Below are positions 1 to 10,354 of a DNA stretch of 64,000 bases, piece after piece (positions within the stretch are counted from its first letter, which is position 1; each line of letters starts with the position of its first letter). The notes under the pieces are model-generated. The model saw only the letters and a list, made by a program, of their open reading frames with translations, ran no database searches and was not told the origin of the DNA. The stretch is taken from positions 633-64,632 of the forward strand of contig JAVWEY010000004.1 in NCBI GenBank assembly GCA_036641395.1, read 5' to 3'. Position numbers and translations under genes: made by a program. The DNA comes from Erysipelotrichaceae bacterium (GTDB lineage Bacteria > Bacillota_I > Bacilli_A > Erysipelotrichales > Erysipelotrichaceae).

Positions 1-1081
1 ATGAAGTACCTTGACTTAAAATGGTTGGTGAATCATTTATAAAAGTACCCATTGTATAAATCAAAGCAGCCGATTCTCCAATAACTCGACCAATACTTAA
101 TAAAACACCCGTTAAGATACCAGGAGTTGCACATGGTAAGACAATCTTAAAGATAGTTTGTGACTTATTCGCACCTACCGCAAGCGATGCATCACGTAAA
201 TGATTAGGAATAACTAATAATGCTTCTTGGGTTGAGCGAATAATCGTTGGTAATAAAATAATTGATAGCGTAAGTGATCCCAATAAAATATTTGTAGTCG
301 AAGCTCCGAGTGCTTTTGTGATTGGAAATAGTACCGATACCCCCATTAATCCATAAATAATGCTTGGAACACCAGTTAAGGTTTCAATACCAGAGCGAAG
401 ATATTGATTTAGTTTACTTTTAGATGCATATTCATTTAAATAAATAGCAGCACAAACACCAATTGGTAAGGCAATCAATAAGGATAAAATAATTAAATAG
501 AAAGTTGTAATGATTGAACCGCGTATTCCTCCACCAATTGTTTTCACATAACTTTGATTTATGATTTGGGCATTATGATCTAATGTATCAACTACTTGTG
601 CTGCATTTTGCGATAAAATACTACCAGCCAAACCGCTTGTCCCATCAACCTTTTTAAAGTTAATCTTTTCCGTTTGCATTCCCACTTCAAAATTAAATGA
701 TTTACCTTTATCAGGACCAGCAGTAGCATTAGTTGCCTTATTAAACGGTGAATTTTTATCAATATATTCAATTAAAACCATTTTACTTTTATCATGAGAA
801 ATATGATCAACAAAAGCAATTCCCCATTTTTTTGAAAAATAAGCATCTTTACTTAAATCATTTGGTCTTTCAAAGGTAGTATTAGAAACTTGTTCAACAT
901 CTACTAAGTAATTCTTTGACCAGTAATCATCTTTTAATAAATCCCAAGATAACAGAGAACCACCCTTTGAAAAGACAAAGTAGAAAATCGCAATCAATAT
1001 TAAAACAAATATACTACTAGATAAATAAGTAATTGCATTTAGAAAATAATCGATCCGTTTTCTTTTTATATTTTTATTCAT
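1..1081 (-). CDS. pstA: Phosphate ABC transporter permease PstA (C-terminal end cut by window edge)
   Basis: Open minus-strand frame from ATG 1081 (ATGA overlap with the pstC stop) to position 2, hand-translated with no stop. Starts MNKNIKRKRIDYFLNAITYL and ends ...SIGRVIGESAALIYTMGTFINDSPTILSQGTS, a typical PstA permease core. Absent from the ORF track, probably because no stop lies in the window. Confidence 0.85.
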   Translation of the reverse strand, partial: MNKNIKRKRIDYFLNAITYLSSSIFVLILIAIFYFVFSKGGSLLSWDLLKDDYWSKNYLVDVEQVSNTTFERPNDLSKDAYFSKKWGIAFVDHISHDKSKMVLIEYIDKNSPFNKATNATAGPDKGKSFNFEVGMQTEKINFKKVDGTSGLAGSILSQNAAQVVDTLDHNAQIINQSYVKTIGGGIRGSIITTFYLIILSLLIALPIGVCAAIYLNEYASKSKLNQYLRSGIETLTGVPSIIYGLMGVSVLFPITKALGASTTNILLGSLTLSIILLPTIIRSTQEALLVIPNHLRDASLAVGANKSQTIFKIVLPCATPGILTGVLLSIGRVIGESAALIYTMGTFINDSPTILSQGTS

Positions 1082-2004
1082 GATGTATGTCCTACTTTCT
1101 TACGAATGTAGTTTAGAATAAAGTTACTTAATAAGATAACTACCATTAAAACAATTCCAACCGAGAAGCGAATATCATAATCAAGTCCAGTTGTTTCTTT
1201 TAGTCCTGATAACATTGTTGAAGTAAGCGTTCGCGTAATATCAAAAGGATTAAAGGTTGGTCCAAACATTTTATTACCAGCTACCATGGCAACCGCGGTA
1301 GCCTCACCAAAGGCTCGACCAATACCGAGAATCGCACCGGCAAAGATACCTGATTTAGCACTGCTTAAAACGACTTTGAAATTGGTCTGAGTAGTACTGG
1401 CACCAAGCGCTAAACTAGCGAGGATTAAATCAGGATCAACGCTTTGAATCGCCGTGATTGATAACGAGGTAATCGTTGGTGCAATCATAATTGCTAATAA
1501 TAGAATAACTGTTAATTGTGAACTTCCTCCAGCAGTATTAATATTTAAACTATTTGCTAGATTCATAATTAGAATACTGATACTACCAGCAGCAAACACA
1601 CCATATACAACCGATGGAATCGCTGCTAATAATTCAACAATCGTAATCATTACTTTAGAAATTTGTTTAGGGGCAATTTTCACAATAAATAATGCGGTTA
1701 ATACTGAAATTGGAAAAGCTAATAATAATGCCCCAAAAGCTGTTAGTAACGTATTAATTACAATAAATCCAACCCCATAAAGTTGTTGATCTTGACGCCA
1801 TGTGTTACCAAATAAGAATTGAAATAAATTTACTTTCCCCTCTAAAAATGGTGTAATTCCTTTTCCCCCAATGAATAAGATAATAACTACAATTGATAAA
1901 CCAGAAATTAGGGCAGTAAAGAAAAACAGCCTTTTCAGGCGTTTATCATTTTTTAATTTCTTTTCATTCTTTGCTTTTGAAATATTGTTTCGAACAAATT
2001 GCAT
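1078..2004 (-). CDS. pstC: Phosphate ABC transporter permease PstC
   Basis: Multi-TM permease located between pstS and pstA. The track start at 2016 is GTG. I prefer ATG 2004 (MQFVRNN...), which has AGGTGA 8 nt upstream. Confidence 0.9.
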   Translation of the reverse strand: MQFVRNNISKAKNEKKLKNDKRLKRLFFFTALISGLSIVVIILFIGGKGITPFLEGKVNLFQFLFGNTWRQDQQLYGVGFIVINTLLTAFGALLLAFPISVLTALFIVKIAPKQISKVMITIVELLAAIPSVVYGVFAAGSISILIMNLANSLNINTAGGSSQLTVILLLAIMIAPTITSLSITAIQSVDPDLILASLALGASTTQTNFKVVLSSAKSGIFAGAILGIGRAFGEATAVAMVAGNKMFGPTFNPFDITRTLTSTMLSGLKETTGLDYDIRFSVGIVLMVVILLSNFILNYIRKKVGHTS

Positions 2005-2038
2005 TGTTTCGCTCACCTACTATCATGTGTTTAAATAT

Positions 2039-2959
2039 TTATTTAATGTCTTCCCATTTTTCAAGTTTACCAGTATAGATATCTTTAATTTGCGCAGCTG
2101 TGATATTCTTAATATTTTTATTTGTTTCATTAACAATACTTACAACCGCATCAACACAATAGGTTCCACTCTTTGCAGCTTTCGTGATATCTTCTTCCCC
2201 ATCTTTAAAATTACGTGATGCAAAGCCAATATCGGCTCCACTCGCACCATCTTTTTCACTACCTAGAACACGTTTCCATCCATCCCCAGATCCGGTTTGA
2301 TTCATTGTGAACTTGTAACTACCAGCCATTGGTTGAAAACTTTCTAATGCGGCTTTAATCGTTTTTTCTACTGAAGTCGAGCCACCAGTACGAATTGTAA
2401 TTGAACTATTATCTTTTTCAACAATTGGATGATTTTTCTTTAATTCATCCCATGGTGTTGATTTATTTTTATCTACAACTCCGCCAGCTTTTTCAACTAC
2501 TTGCATTCCTTCTGTAGAATTTTGTAAGTAATCTAAGAATGCTAATACTAATTGTTCTTTATCATCACTTCCAAAATCTTTTGTAGCGCGGGTAGTGAAA
2601 TCAAAAGGACGTTGTAGTTTATAAGATCCATCTAATACCGTTTCTTCACTTGGTGTAACTCCTTCAAATTTTAGTGCTGTTACTTTGTTTGCTTTAAAAT
2701 CAGTTGAAAGTGAAACATAACCAATTCCTTTCGCATCTCCACCTACTTTAGTAGCCATATCGCCATTGCTAGCAACCTCTGTTGCCTTTTTACTTAGTAG
2801 ACCAACAAAGTCACCTGCTTTTTCATAAGCCTCTCGTGTGCCACTTGTAGCATCTCTAGTGTAAACATTGATTGTTCCTTCAATTGTAGTAGGCGTACTA
2901 TCTTTAGCTCCACAGCCTGCAAGTAGTGCTACCATTAAAACAGCCATTAATTTTTTCAT
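2039..2959 (-). CDS. pstS: Phosphate-binding lipoprotein PstS
   Basis: Signal peptide with lipobox LLAGC, periplasmic-binding-protein-like body, AGGAGG SD, and position upstream of pstCA. Confidence 0.9.
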   Translation of the reverse strand: MKKLMAVLMVALLAGCGAKDSTPTTIEGTINVYTRDATSGTREAYEKAGDFVGLLSKKATEVASNGDMATKVGGDAKGIGYVSLSTDFKANKVTALKFEGVTPSEETVLDGSYKLQRPFDFTTRATKDFGSDDKEQLVLAFLDYLQNSTEGMQVVEKAGGVVDKNKSTPWDELKKNHPIVEKDNSSITIRTGGSTSVEKTIKAALESFQPMAGSYKFTMNQTGSGDGWKRVLGSEKDGASGADIGFASRNFKDGEEDITKAAKSGTYCVDAVVSIVNETNKNIKNITAAQIKDIYTGKLEKWEDIK

Positions 2960-2988
2960 TTCTTAATTCCTCCTCTTGTTACAATGGC

Positions 2989-3042
2989 ATTTTATCGAAT
3001 AATTATTTACGTTTCATGAAGAAACTGTTAAGAAAGCGTTAA
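2989..3042 (-). promoter_or_regulatory. PhoP-box promoter of pstS: four hexamers at 11-bp phase plus a -10 element
   Basis: The minus strand reads TTAACG-ctttc-TTAACA-gtttc-TTCATG-aaacg-TAAATA (plus-strand coordinates 3037-3042, 3026-3031, 3015-3020, 3004-3009), followed by TAAAAT at 2989-2994. This matches the B. subtilis PhoP core binding pattern of TT(A/T/C)ACA repeats that replace the -35. Confidence 0.6.
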
Positions 3043-3071
3043 AAAAACATGGAAAATTAAATTCCATGTTA
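3039..3071 (-). terminator. Rho-independent terminator after phoR
   Basis: A 9-bp stem aacatggaa/ttccatgtt (3046-3054 / 3062-3070) with a 7-nt loop, followed by a T-run on the minus strand. It starts at the phoR stop codon. Confidence 0.65.
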
Positions 3072-4295
3072 ATTTTTAAGAATAATCTTAAAGGTCGTAC
3101 CTTCATTTATTTTACTATCAACAACTATTTTAGCCCCATGAGCATCAACAATCGATTTCACAATTGCAAGTCCTAATCCACTACCACCACTTTTTCTAGA
3201 ACGATCATCATCAATTCGATAAAAACGCTCAAAGATTCGTTTTTTATCAGTTTCATTGAAACCATGACCTTGATCACTTACACTTAATACAACTTCATGA
3301 TCACTTTGTTGTTTAACTTGAATTGTAATTGTTCCATGTTCACTATATTTAATTGCATTTGAAACAAGATTAACAATGACTTGGCCGATCTTTTGTGGAT
3401 CAATAAAGATATCACCTAAATATTGATAATCTTTAACTAGTTTAAGATTACTTTTCGCAATCATAGAACTTAAAGGATTAATACTTGAATCAATCAATTC
3501 AACTAAATTACAATTCTTACGTTCCAAGATTGGATTATCAATTGATAATCTAGATAATTGAAGCATATCCTTAACAATAATATCTAAACGATCCACTTCA
3601 ATTATAATTTGTTTCATAAAATCTTTTTGTACTTCTTCATCATGAAAATCTTCTCGATTTAATATTTCCATCATCCCTTTAATCACAGCAATCGGTGTTT
3701 TTAATTCATGAGATGCATCTGCAATAAAACGCTTTTGCATTTTTTCTCCAGCTAATGTTTTACTTACATCTTGAAATAATAACAAACAACCACTAAAACG
3801 ATTCTTTGACAATATCGGAACCGATAATACTTGAAATTCACAATCATCAATTTTAATGACTTTGTCAATTTCTTTTTCTAAAATAAAAGCATCTTTTAAA
3901 TATTCTTGAACTTTAGGATGAAATTTATTATTCAAATAATTCATATCTTCAATATTATTTAGTGGTCCAAAGATAGATAAATGTGTATTATATAATACAA
4001 TCTTACCAAATTGATCTAACATTAACATTGGCCAAGGTAATGCCGTTACCATCGTTAATAACTGTTTGCGTTTAATATTCGCATCTTTACTAGTTGTTCT
4101 AACTTGAGCCATTAATTCTTGATTCTCATTTTGTGAGCGATGTTCAATTTTAAATTCACTTGAAAACCAAAGGATTGCGAAACATATAATCAAAATTAAA
4201 ATAAAGAAATAAATATTAATATCAATCGTTGCATAAAACATACAAGCGATCGCAAATAATACAAATAAAATGGCTACTTTATTGGTATCCTTCAT
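3069..4295 (-). CDS. phoR: Phosphate-sensing histidine kinase PhoR-like
   Basis: Two N-terminal TM segments, H-box ADASHELKTPI, and HATPase N/G boxes (NAIKYS, DQGHGF, GGSGLGLAIV). ATGA overlap with phoP. Confidence 0.85.
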   Translation of the reverse strand: MKDTNKVAILFVLFAIACMFYATIDINIYFFILILIICFAILWFSSEFKIEHRSQNENQELMAQVRTTSKDANIKRKQLLTMVTALPWPMLMLDQFGKIVLYNTHLSIFGPLNNIEDMNYLNNKFHPKVQEYLKDAFILEKEIDKVIKIDDCEFQVLSVPILSKNRFSGCLLLFQDVSKTLAGEKMQKRFIADASHELKTPIAVIKGMMEILNREDFHDEEVQKDFMKQIIIEVDRLDIIVKDMLQLSRLSIDNPILERKNCNLVELIDSSINPLSSMIAKSNLKLVKDYQYLGDIFIDPQKIGQVIVNLVSNAIKYSEHGTITIQVKQQSDHEVVLSVSDQGHGFNETDKKRIFERFYRIDDDRSRKSGGSGLGLAIVKSIVDAHGAKIVVDSKINEGTTFKIILKN

Positions 4296-4963
4296 TTGAT
4301 TTCCTCAAGTAAATAACCAATTCCTCTTGTTGATTTAATTTCAACGTTTGCTTTTTTTAGTTTTGCTCGTAATTTAAAAATATGAACATCAACAATTCTT
4401 GTATCACCATCGTAATCAAATCCCCAAATATCATTTAATATTTGATCTCTTGATAATACAATCCCTTTATTACGTCCTAGATATTCTAATAAGTCAAATT
4501 CTTTTTTTGTCATTTCTAAAATTTCACCTTGAATACTAACTTCACGACGTTTAAGTGATATATGAACACTACCAATATCAATTCCTTTTTCTGCTTTCTT
4601 ATTTTGACGTTTTAAATGAGCTTCAATTCTTGCTAGTAATTCTCTTGGAGAAAAAGGTTTACTCATATAATCATCCACGCCACTTTCAAATGCAGTTAAA
4701 ATATCGTGTTCTCCATCCCGTGCCGTTAACATAATCATAATCGCATCACAACCATCATCACGTAATTGTGTAATCAAATCAATTCCACTACATCCAGGTA
4801 ACATCCAGTCAATAATCATCACATCAAATTTTTGATTAGCTGCGATTTTCTTTGCTTCTAAACCATCTCCACATTCAACAATAAAGTGTCCGGCATTCTT
4901 AAGATCATAAGCAATAATTTTACGAATATTTACTTCATCTTCAACTAATAATATATTTGCCAT
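4292..4963 (-). CDS. phoP: OmpR/PhoB-family response regulator PhoP-like
   Basis: Receiver domain (ILLVEDE, DWMLPG) plus a C-terminal winged helix. GAGGAGG SD. Adjacent to pst genes carrying PhoP boxes. Confidence 0.85.
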   Translation of the reverse strand: MANILLVEDEVNIRKIIAYDLKNAGHFIVECGDGLEAKKIAANQKFDVMIIDWMLPGCSGIDLITQLRDDGCDAIMIMLTARDGEHDILTAFESGVDDYMSKPFSPRELLARIEAHLKRQNKKAEKGIDIGSVHISLKRREVSIQGEILEMTKKEFDLLEYLGRNKGIVLSRDQILNDIWGFDYDGDTRIVDVHIFKLRAKLKKANVEIKSTRGIGYLLEEIK

Positions 4964-5923
4964 TTATGCTTCCTCCTCATAACGTTCAATTATTTTTTGA
5001 ACCAAAGGATTACGAACAACATCAAGAGTTGTTAGCTTTGCGAATCCAATTCCTTCAATTCCTTGTAAAAGACTTAAAGCATTCATTAACCCACTATCAC
5101 TTTTCTTTATTAAATCGACTTGCGTTAAATCACCAGTAATAACAATCTTTGAATGAAATCCCATTCTAGTAAGAAACATCTTCATTTGTGCTTTCGTCGT
5201 ATTTTGAGCTTCATCTAAAATAATAAAAGCTTGATCAAGGGTACGTCCTCGCATATAGGCCAAAGGAGCGATTTCAATGACTTCCTTCTCAAGTAACTTA
5301 TCTACATTGCTTTGTCCTAAAACATCGTACAGAGCATCGTAAAGCGGTCTTAGATAAGGATCTACCTTCTCTTTCAAATCACCAGGTAAGAATCCAAGAT
5401 TCTCACCCGCTTCAACGGCTGGTCTTGTTAATATAATTTTTGATATTTCATTTTTCTTAAGTAAAGTAGCTGCATAAACAACCGCTAAATAGGTTTTACC
5501 AGTACCTGCAACACCACTTGCAAATACAATATCTTCTTTTTCCATGCAACGACATAAATAGCGTTGTCCAATTGTCTTAGGATAAATTAGTTTACCTTGG
5601 ATAGTTTTACCAATCGGTTTTGCATAGGCCAACGATAATTGATCAATTTTATTAAGTTCAACAAGTTTTGTAACATAAATAATATCACGATCATCAATTG
5701 GAATATTTGCACCAATCATCGATAAAATTGCTAGAATACTCTTTTCAACCTTTTTACTAATTTGTTCCTCTTTATTTAATAATAAAATAGCATTATCTTT
5801 CACCATTAAATTAACATGGTAATATTCATCCAATAATTCTAAATGATGATTTTCAATCCCACATAATTTACTAACATCTTCCATACTATAAGCTTCTAAC
5901 GATATACGATAGTATGCTTCCAT
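4964..5923 (-). CDS. phoH: PhoH-family ATPase
   Basis: Walker A GVAGTGKT, Walker B IILDEAQN, and a PhoH C-terminal core. yqfC-yqfD-phoH order as in B. subtilis. Confidence 0.9.
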   Translation of the reverse strand: MEAYYRISLEAYSMEDVSKLCGIENHHLELLDEYYHVNLMVKDNAILLLNKEEQISKKVEKSILAILSMIGANIPIDDRDIIYVTKLVELNKIDQLSLAYAKPIGKTIQGKLIYPKTIGQRYLCRCMEKEDIVFASGVAGTGKTYLAVVYAATLLKKNEISKIILTRPAVEAGENLGFLPGDLKEKVDPYLRPLYDALYDVLGQSNVDKLLEKEVIEIAPLAYMRGRTLDQAFIILDEAQNTTKAQMKMFLTRMGFHSKIVITGDLTQVDLIKKSDSGLMNALSLLQGIEGIGFAKLTTLDVVRNPLVQKIIERYEEEA

Positions 5924-5925
5924 AA

Positions 5926-6867
5926 TTACCCTCCATCACCCATTGGGGTTGATATATCAAGATAGGTTGTATATAAAACAACCATCTTTATTTTACCCAT
6001 ATCTTGTGAGAATTGCAAAATATTTTCTTTATGAATTTTATCATTCGCTCTAAAATCTTTAGAAACTTGATTACGAGCCAAAAATAATAATTGAAAAAAT
6101 TCAAATGCTTTTGGCAAATGACTTTGATTCATACTAACTTCAACCCGTTGCCAACTATAAGCAAACACATTGCCTAAGACATAAAGTGGTTCTTCTTTAT
6201 TCATCGAATCAAGTAATACATTATTTACTAAAACATCTCCTTGATGAACAAAGTCATTTATCTTACATAATTTATTTCCCCATTTTAAATTAAAACCGGC
6301 AATAATACCATCTCTTTGAGCAATTAAATTTTGATTTGATAAAGATTCAATTTTTACTGTTTCCTTTGGTGTGTAATATATAATATAACGACTTCCTCTT
6401 TTTATAACTTCTAACCATGCTAAATCACTTTCACATTGTTTCTTTAATAATTCTTTTATTTGAATTACATCTTTATGAAAAAAGGGTGGACTTAAATGAT
6501 TTAATGTTAACACTTCTTTTATTTGTTGTTGAATATCGATCCTTTCACCTATGATATCAATCTTAAAAATAGTATTTGATAATCCATACCAAATACATAT
6601 CATGAAACATAAAGAAAAGAAGCGAACTGGTTTCTTATAAAAGCGAATTAAAAAGCCAAGCCAACCGGTTGTTTTTAATAACTTAATATTATGAAAAGTA
6701 TTTATAATATCTTTACGATTATAAACTGATGTATAAAATGTAATCTCATCTTTATATTCTACATCATAAATAGTCCACTCTTGTTTACTTACAATTTGAA
6801 TAAAAGAAGAAACATCATAATCTAATCGATAAGAATCTAAACCAAAGTGTTTATAACTCATAAACAA
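5926..6867 (-). CDS. yqfD: Sporulation protein YqfD (stage IV)
   Basis: About 310 aa with a central TM segment, immediately after yqfC and before phoH. Conserved sporulation gene pair. Confidence 0.8.
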   Translation of the reverse strand: MFMSYKHFGLDSYRLDYDVSSFIQIVSKQEWTIYDVEYKDEITFYTSVYNRKDIINTFHNIKLLKTTGWLGFLIRFYKKPVRFFSLCFMICIWYGLSNTIFKIDIIGERIDIQQQIKEVLTLNHLSPPFFHKDVIQIKELLKKQCESDLAWLEVIKRGSRYIIYYTPKETVKIESLSNQNLIAQRDGIIAGFNLKWGNKLCKINDFVHQGDVLVNNVLLDSMNKEEPLYVLGNVFAYSWQRVEVSMNQSHLPKAFEFFQLLFLARNQVSKDFRANDKIHKENILQFSQDMGKIKMVVLYTTYLDISTPMGDGG

Positions 6868-7051
6868 AATCCAACTTTATAAAATTTCCTTTAATTATTA
6901 TTTCATCTTTGCTTAATAATATAATTTTTAAGTTTACTCCATTTATATTTAAAACATAATCTTTAAATTTTAAATGGATTAAATTAGGACTAACATGTTC
7001 AATTTTCTTATAATTATCAATCATAATTTTATCATTTTCAATTGAAATCAT
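6851..7051 (-). CDS. yqfC: Sporulation protein YqfC
   Basis: Small beta-rich protein (IENYKKI..., INGVNL..., IIKGNF). The track start at 7060 is GTG. ATG 7051 has GAGAGGTGA 5 nt upstream. Confidence 0.75.
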   Translation of the reverse strand: MISIENDKIMIDNYKKIEHVSPNLIHLKFKDYVLNINGVNLKIILLSKDEIIIKGNFIKLDFVYEL

Positions 7052-7164
7052 GAAAATCACCTCTCTATAAAATACGTTAGTTCTTTCTAATTTATGTTAT
7101 CTTAAATAAGTTCATTCATATTTTAGGTATTAGAATTTTAAAAACGTATAAAATAGTAGAGAGG

Positions 7165-7197
7165 TAAAAAAAACACTCATGAGGATTCATGAATGTT
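7165..7197 (-). terminator. Rho-independent terminator after rpsU
   Basis: On the minus strand, an 11-bp stem aacattcatga/tcatgagtgtt (one G-U pair) with a 4-nt loop, followed by TTTTTTT. Confidence 0.75.
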
Positions 7198-7202
7198 CTC
7201 TA

Positions 7203-7382
7203 TTATTTACCGCGACGCGCTTTACGTGCAGCCTCTGATTTCAACTTACGGCGCACGCCTGGTTTAATGTAAAACTCTCTTTTGCGAGCTTCAGCAAGGG
7301 TTCCATTTCTAGATACTTGACGTTTAAATCTACGTAAAGCATCATCTAGAACTTCATTATCTTTAAGTACTACTTTCGGCAT
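7203..7382 (-). CDS. rpsU: 30S ribosomal protein S21
   Basis: Hand-translated 59-aa ORF below the track cutoff: [68 protein letters not shown]. Confidence 0.95.
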   Translation of the reverse strand: MPKVVLKDNEVLDDALRRFKRQVSRNGTLAEARKREFYIKPGVRRKLKSEAARKARRGK

Positions 7383-7414
7383 TGTTTACCCTCCCTTCTG
7401 ATGCAAGCAAATTA

Positions 7415-7443
7415 ATTATATATAAAAATCACACAAATTGCAA
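7415..7443 (-). promoter_or_regulatory. Sigma-A-type promoter of rpsU
   Basis: The minus strand reads TTGCAA (7443-7438), a 17-nt spacer, then TATAAT (7420-7415), about 30 nt upstream of the rpsU ATG. Confidence 0.55.
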
Positions 7444-7528
7444 TAAGAAATCAAACCTTTTGCATATTAACGTTAACTTTGATGTAAAAGCAACGAAAGG
7501 TAAGCGTTTTCATCAAGATTTCGTTAAC

Positions 7529-8989
7529 TTATAGGTCTTTTTCATCCATTCCAAGATAATATTTTCTTAAAATATGGCGTGCTGCAACATGATCACCAAT
7601 CCAATCATCATGGCGAGCGGCTCGATCCATAAAGATTTCATCACCTTTTCCAAGGATTAATACCGTATCTCCAACATTAGCTGATTCAATGGCTTGACGA
7701 ATCGCATCATAACGATTTTCAATAAAGATATTGTTAGTATCTTTAATTCCATTACGAATTTCACTTGCAATTGTTGATGCTTCTTCATCTCGAGGATCTT
7801 CTTCCGTTAAGACAATTAAATCACAATATTTACTAGATATTTCCCCTAATACTGGTCTTTTTTTCATATCCCGTTTACCGGCACAACCAAATACAGTAAT
7901 AATTCTTCGGTTTTCTGAGGTAATACTATTAGCATATTCATAGATTTTCTCAAAGCCATCTGGAGTATGTGCATAGTCAACAATTACTTCAAAAGGTTGA
8001 CCTTCATCAATCCGTTCCATACGACCATCAATTTGTTCAATTTGATCTAAATAAGGAATAAGTTCTTCGATCTTTAAACCGCTTTCACATAATGCAGATA
8101 TTGCTGCTAACAAGTTATATATATTATAAGTTGCTACTAAATTAGTATGAATCTCAAACTCTTTATTTTGTGCAATTAGCGTAAAAGTACTTCCTTTTGT
8201 CTGTAATTTTATATGATTTGCTTGATAATCAGCTTGATTACTAATTCCATAAGTTATTACTTTTGCTTTAGTAGCTGCTCTTAAACGATCATAATAAGGA
8301 TCATCAATATTTAAGATTGCTTTGCCATCTTTTTTTATTAATTCAAATAGTTTACATTTAGCTTTAAAATAATTTTCAATTGTTCCATGATAATCTAAAT
8401 GTTCATAAGTTAAATTAGTAAAGACAGCGATATCAAAATCAACGCTATTAACTCTTCCCTGTTCAAGACCATGAGAACTAACTTCTAAAGAAACAGCCTT
8501 CATACCAGCATTCACCATGTCACTTAATGTTTTGTGGATGAAAATTGCATTTGGTGTAGTATGCTCCGGTTGTAAATCAACATCACCATAACGAATTGCA
8601 ATTGTTCCAATATAGCCACATGGATAAAAGTTATTACATACATCTCGAATAATATTTGTAGTAGTTGATTTACCATTGGTTCCCGTAACTCCAAATACCG
8701 TCATTTTTTTACTTGGATGATCATAAAAAAGCGAAGCAACCCGATTCATCGTATTATTAACATTATTAACTTTTATGTAAACAACATCATCGACCATTGT
8801 TTTAATATCTTTACTGTGAACAATGCAGCGTGCTCCCTTTTCAATTGCTTGATCGATATAGTTATGTCCATCGGTTGTCATTCCTTCTAAACAAAAATAC
8901 ATACATCCCTCACTTACTTCACGAGAATCCATCGTAAGTGCACTTATTTCTATTTTAGGTGCTTCATCAAATATTTTAGATAATAACAT
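7529..8989 (-). CDS. murE: UDP-N-acetylmuramoyl-tripeptide synthetase MurE
   Basis: Mur ligase P-loop GVTGTNGKSTT and Mur ligase middle and C-terminal domains. The EDPR motif suggests the diaminopimelate-adding type. Confidence 0.9.
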   Translation of the reverse strand: MLLSKIFDEAPKIEISALTMDSREVSEGCMYFCLEGMTTDGHNYIDQAIEKGARCIVHSKDIKTMVDDVVYIKVNNVNNTMNRVASLFYDHPSKKMTVFGVTGTNGKSTTTNIIRDVCNNFYPCGYIGTIAIRYGDVDLQPEHTTPNAIFIHKTLSDMVNAGMKAVSLEVSSHGLEQGRVNSVDFDIAVFTNLTYEHLDYHGTIENYFKAKCKLFELIKKDGKAILNIDDPYYDRLRAATKAKVITYGISNQADYQANHIKLQTKGSTFTLIAQNKEFEIHTNLVATYNIYNLLAAISALCESGLKIEELIPYLDQIEQIDGRMERIDEGQPFEVIVDYAHTPDGFEKIYEYANSITSENRRIITVFGCAGKRDMKKRPVLGEISSKYCDLIVLTEEDPRDEEASTIASEIRNGIKDTNNIFIENRYDAIRQAIESANVGDTVLILGKGDEIFMDRAARHDDWIGDHVAARHILRKYYLGMDEKDL

Positions 8990-10286
8990 TTTGTACCTCC
9001 ACTAATTCACCAATCAAATAATCTTCCTTTAAATCTGTAATATGTACAAGACTCATTTTATGTAGATGTTCTTCATCTTTTATTTTTACTTCAACATATT
9101 CACTACTATGACCAATTAAATATCCATTACTTGCTTTTTCAAATAACACTTCTAAATTTTCACCAATAAATTGTCTTTTATACAAAGTATATAATTCTTT
9201 ACTAAGTTTTATTAAAACATTGGCACGTTGTTTCTTTACTTTATTCTCTAAATGACCACTCATCTGTGCAGCAGCACTATGATCTCTTTTTGAATAAGGA
9301 AATACATGAAGAAAAGAGAAATTAAGTTGTTTGATATTAATTATTGTTTCATTAAAATCTTCTTCACTTTCCCCTGGAAAACCAACAATAACATCACTGC
9401 TAATTGAAATATTATCGCCTAATTGATTACGTATTTCATCAATCCTTGTTTTAAATTCATTCATTAAATAAGGCCGATTCATTCGCTTTAGCGTTTTATC
9501 ACATGCACTTTGAATTGGAATATGTAAGTGACGAGCAATTTTTGGGTTATCTTTCATTAAATCAATCAATTCATCACTAATTTCATTCATTTCAATCGAT
9601 GAAATCCGGATTCTCTTTAATCCTTTAATAGGTAACATTGCTTTTAATAACATTGTAAGATTACAATTAATATCATGTCCATAACGACCTGTATGAATTC
9701 CTGCTAATACAATTTCTTGATGACCACTAGCACATAGATCACTTGCAATTTTTATCGCATCAGCCATTGGTAAAGAGCGTTCTCTGCCTCTTGCATAAGG
9801 GATAATACAATAAGAACAAAATTGATTACAACCATCCTGCACCTTTAAAAAGGCTCTGGTGTGATCATAAAAGTGTGAAATTGGTAATGCTTCAAATACT
9901 TTAACATTCTCAATTTTATTTACTACATTATATTTTTGATGATTTTGTAGAGCTTTTTTTATTAAAGATGGTAATTGATGCTTTTGATCTGAACCAATTG
10001 CAATATCAATTCCCTCTTTTTCAATTAAAGTTTTCGACTCCATTTGCACATAACATCCAACAACAACAATGATTGCATCTGGATTATTTAACTTAGCTTG
10101 ATGGATTTTTTGCCGACTTTTAGCTGATGCCGTGTTAGTTACCGCGCATGTATTGATAATATAAACATCAGCCTTAGCATTAGGTTCCACACACTCATAA
10201 CCTAAATCAAGTAACCCTTGTTCATAGCCAATGGATTCATAAGAATTAACTTTGCACCCTAAAGTATGTATTGCGAACGTAGTCAT
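8976..10286 (-). CDS. mtaB: tRNA t6A37 methylthiotransferase MtaB (YqeV-like)
   Basis: N-terminus MTTFAIHTLGCKVNSYES, radical-SAM CNQFCSYC, and a TRAM C-terminus. Close N-terminal resemblance to B. subtilis YqeV, and the yqeV...rpsU synteny is retained. Confidence 0.85.
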   Translation of the reverse strand: MTTFAIHTLGCKVNSYESIGYEQGLLDLGYECVEPNAKADVYIINTCAVTNTASAKSRQKIHQAKLNNPDAIIVVVGCYVQMESKTLIEKEGIDIAIGSDQKHQLPSLIKKALQNHQKYNVVNKIENVKVFEALPISHFYDHTRAFLKVQDGCNQFCSYCIIPYARGRERSLPMADAIKIASDLCASGHQEIVLAGIHTGRYGHDINCNLTMLLKAMLPIKGLKRIRISSIEMNEISDELIDLMKDNPKIARHLHIPIQSACDKTLKRMNRPYLMNEFKTRIDEIRNQLGDNISISSDVIVGFPGESEEDFNETIINIKQLNFSFLHVFPYSKRDHSAAAQMSGHLENKVKKQRANVLIKLSKELYTLYKRQFIGENLEVLFEKASNGYLIGHSSEYVEVKIKDEEHLHKMSLVHITDLKEDYLIGELVEVQNVII

Positions 10287-10354
10287 GGACCCACTCCTCT
10301 TTTATCGAATATTATACATTTCTTTCTTAAAGAAAACAACCTAAGTAGTTTTCT

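Noticed and set aside
1454-1780. Plus-strand ORFs antisense to strong minus-strand genes: 1454..1780, 1871..2218, 7731..7943, 16112..16360, 20395..20718, 21121..21444, 38981..39211, 46343..46642, 47845..48138, 51675..51953 and similar.
   Set aside because: They lie entirely inside well-supported genes on the opposite strand. They have no SD and low-complexity, AT-codon-biased translations. They are shadow ORFs.
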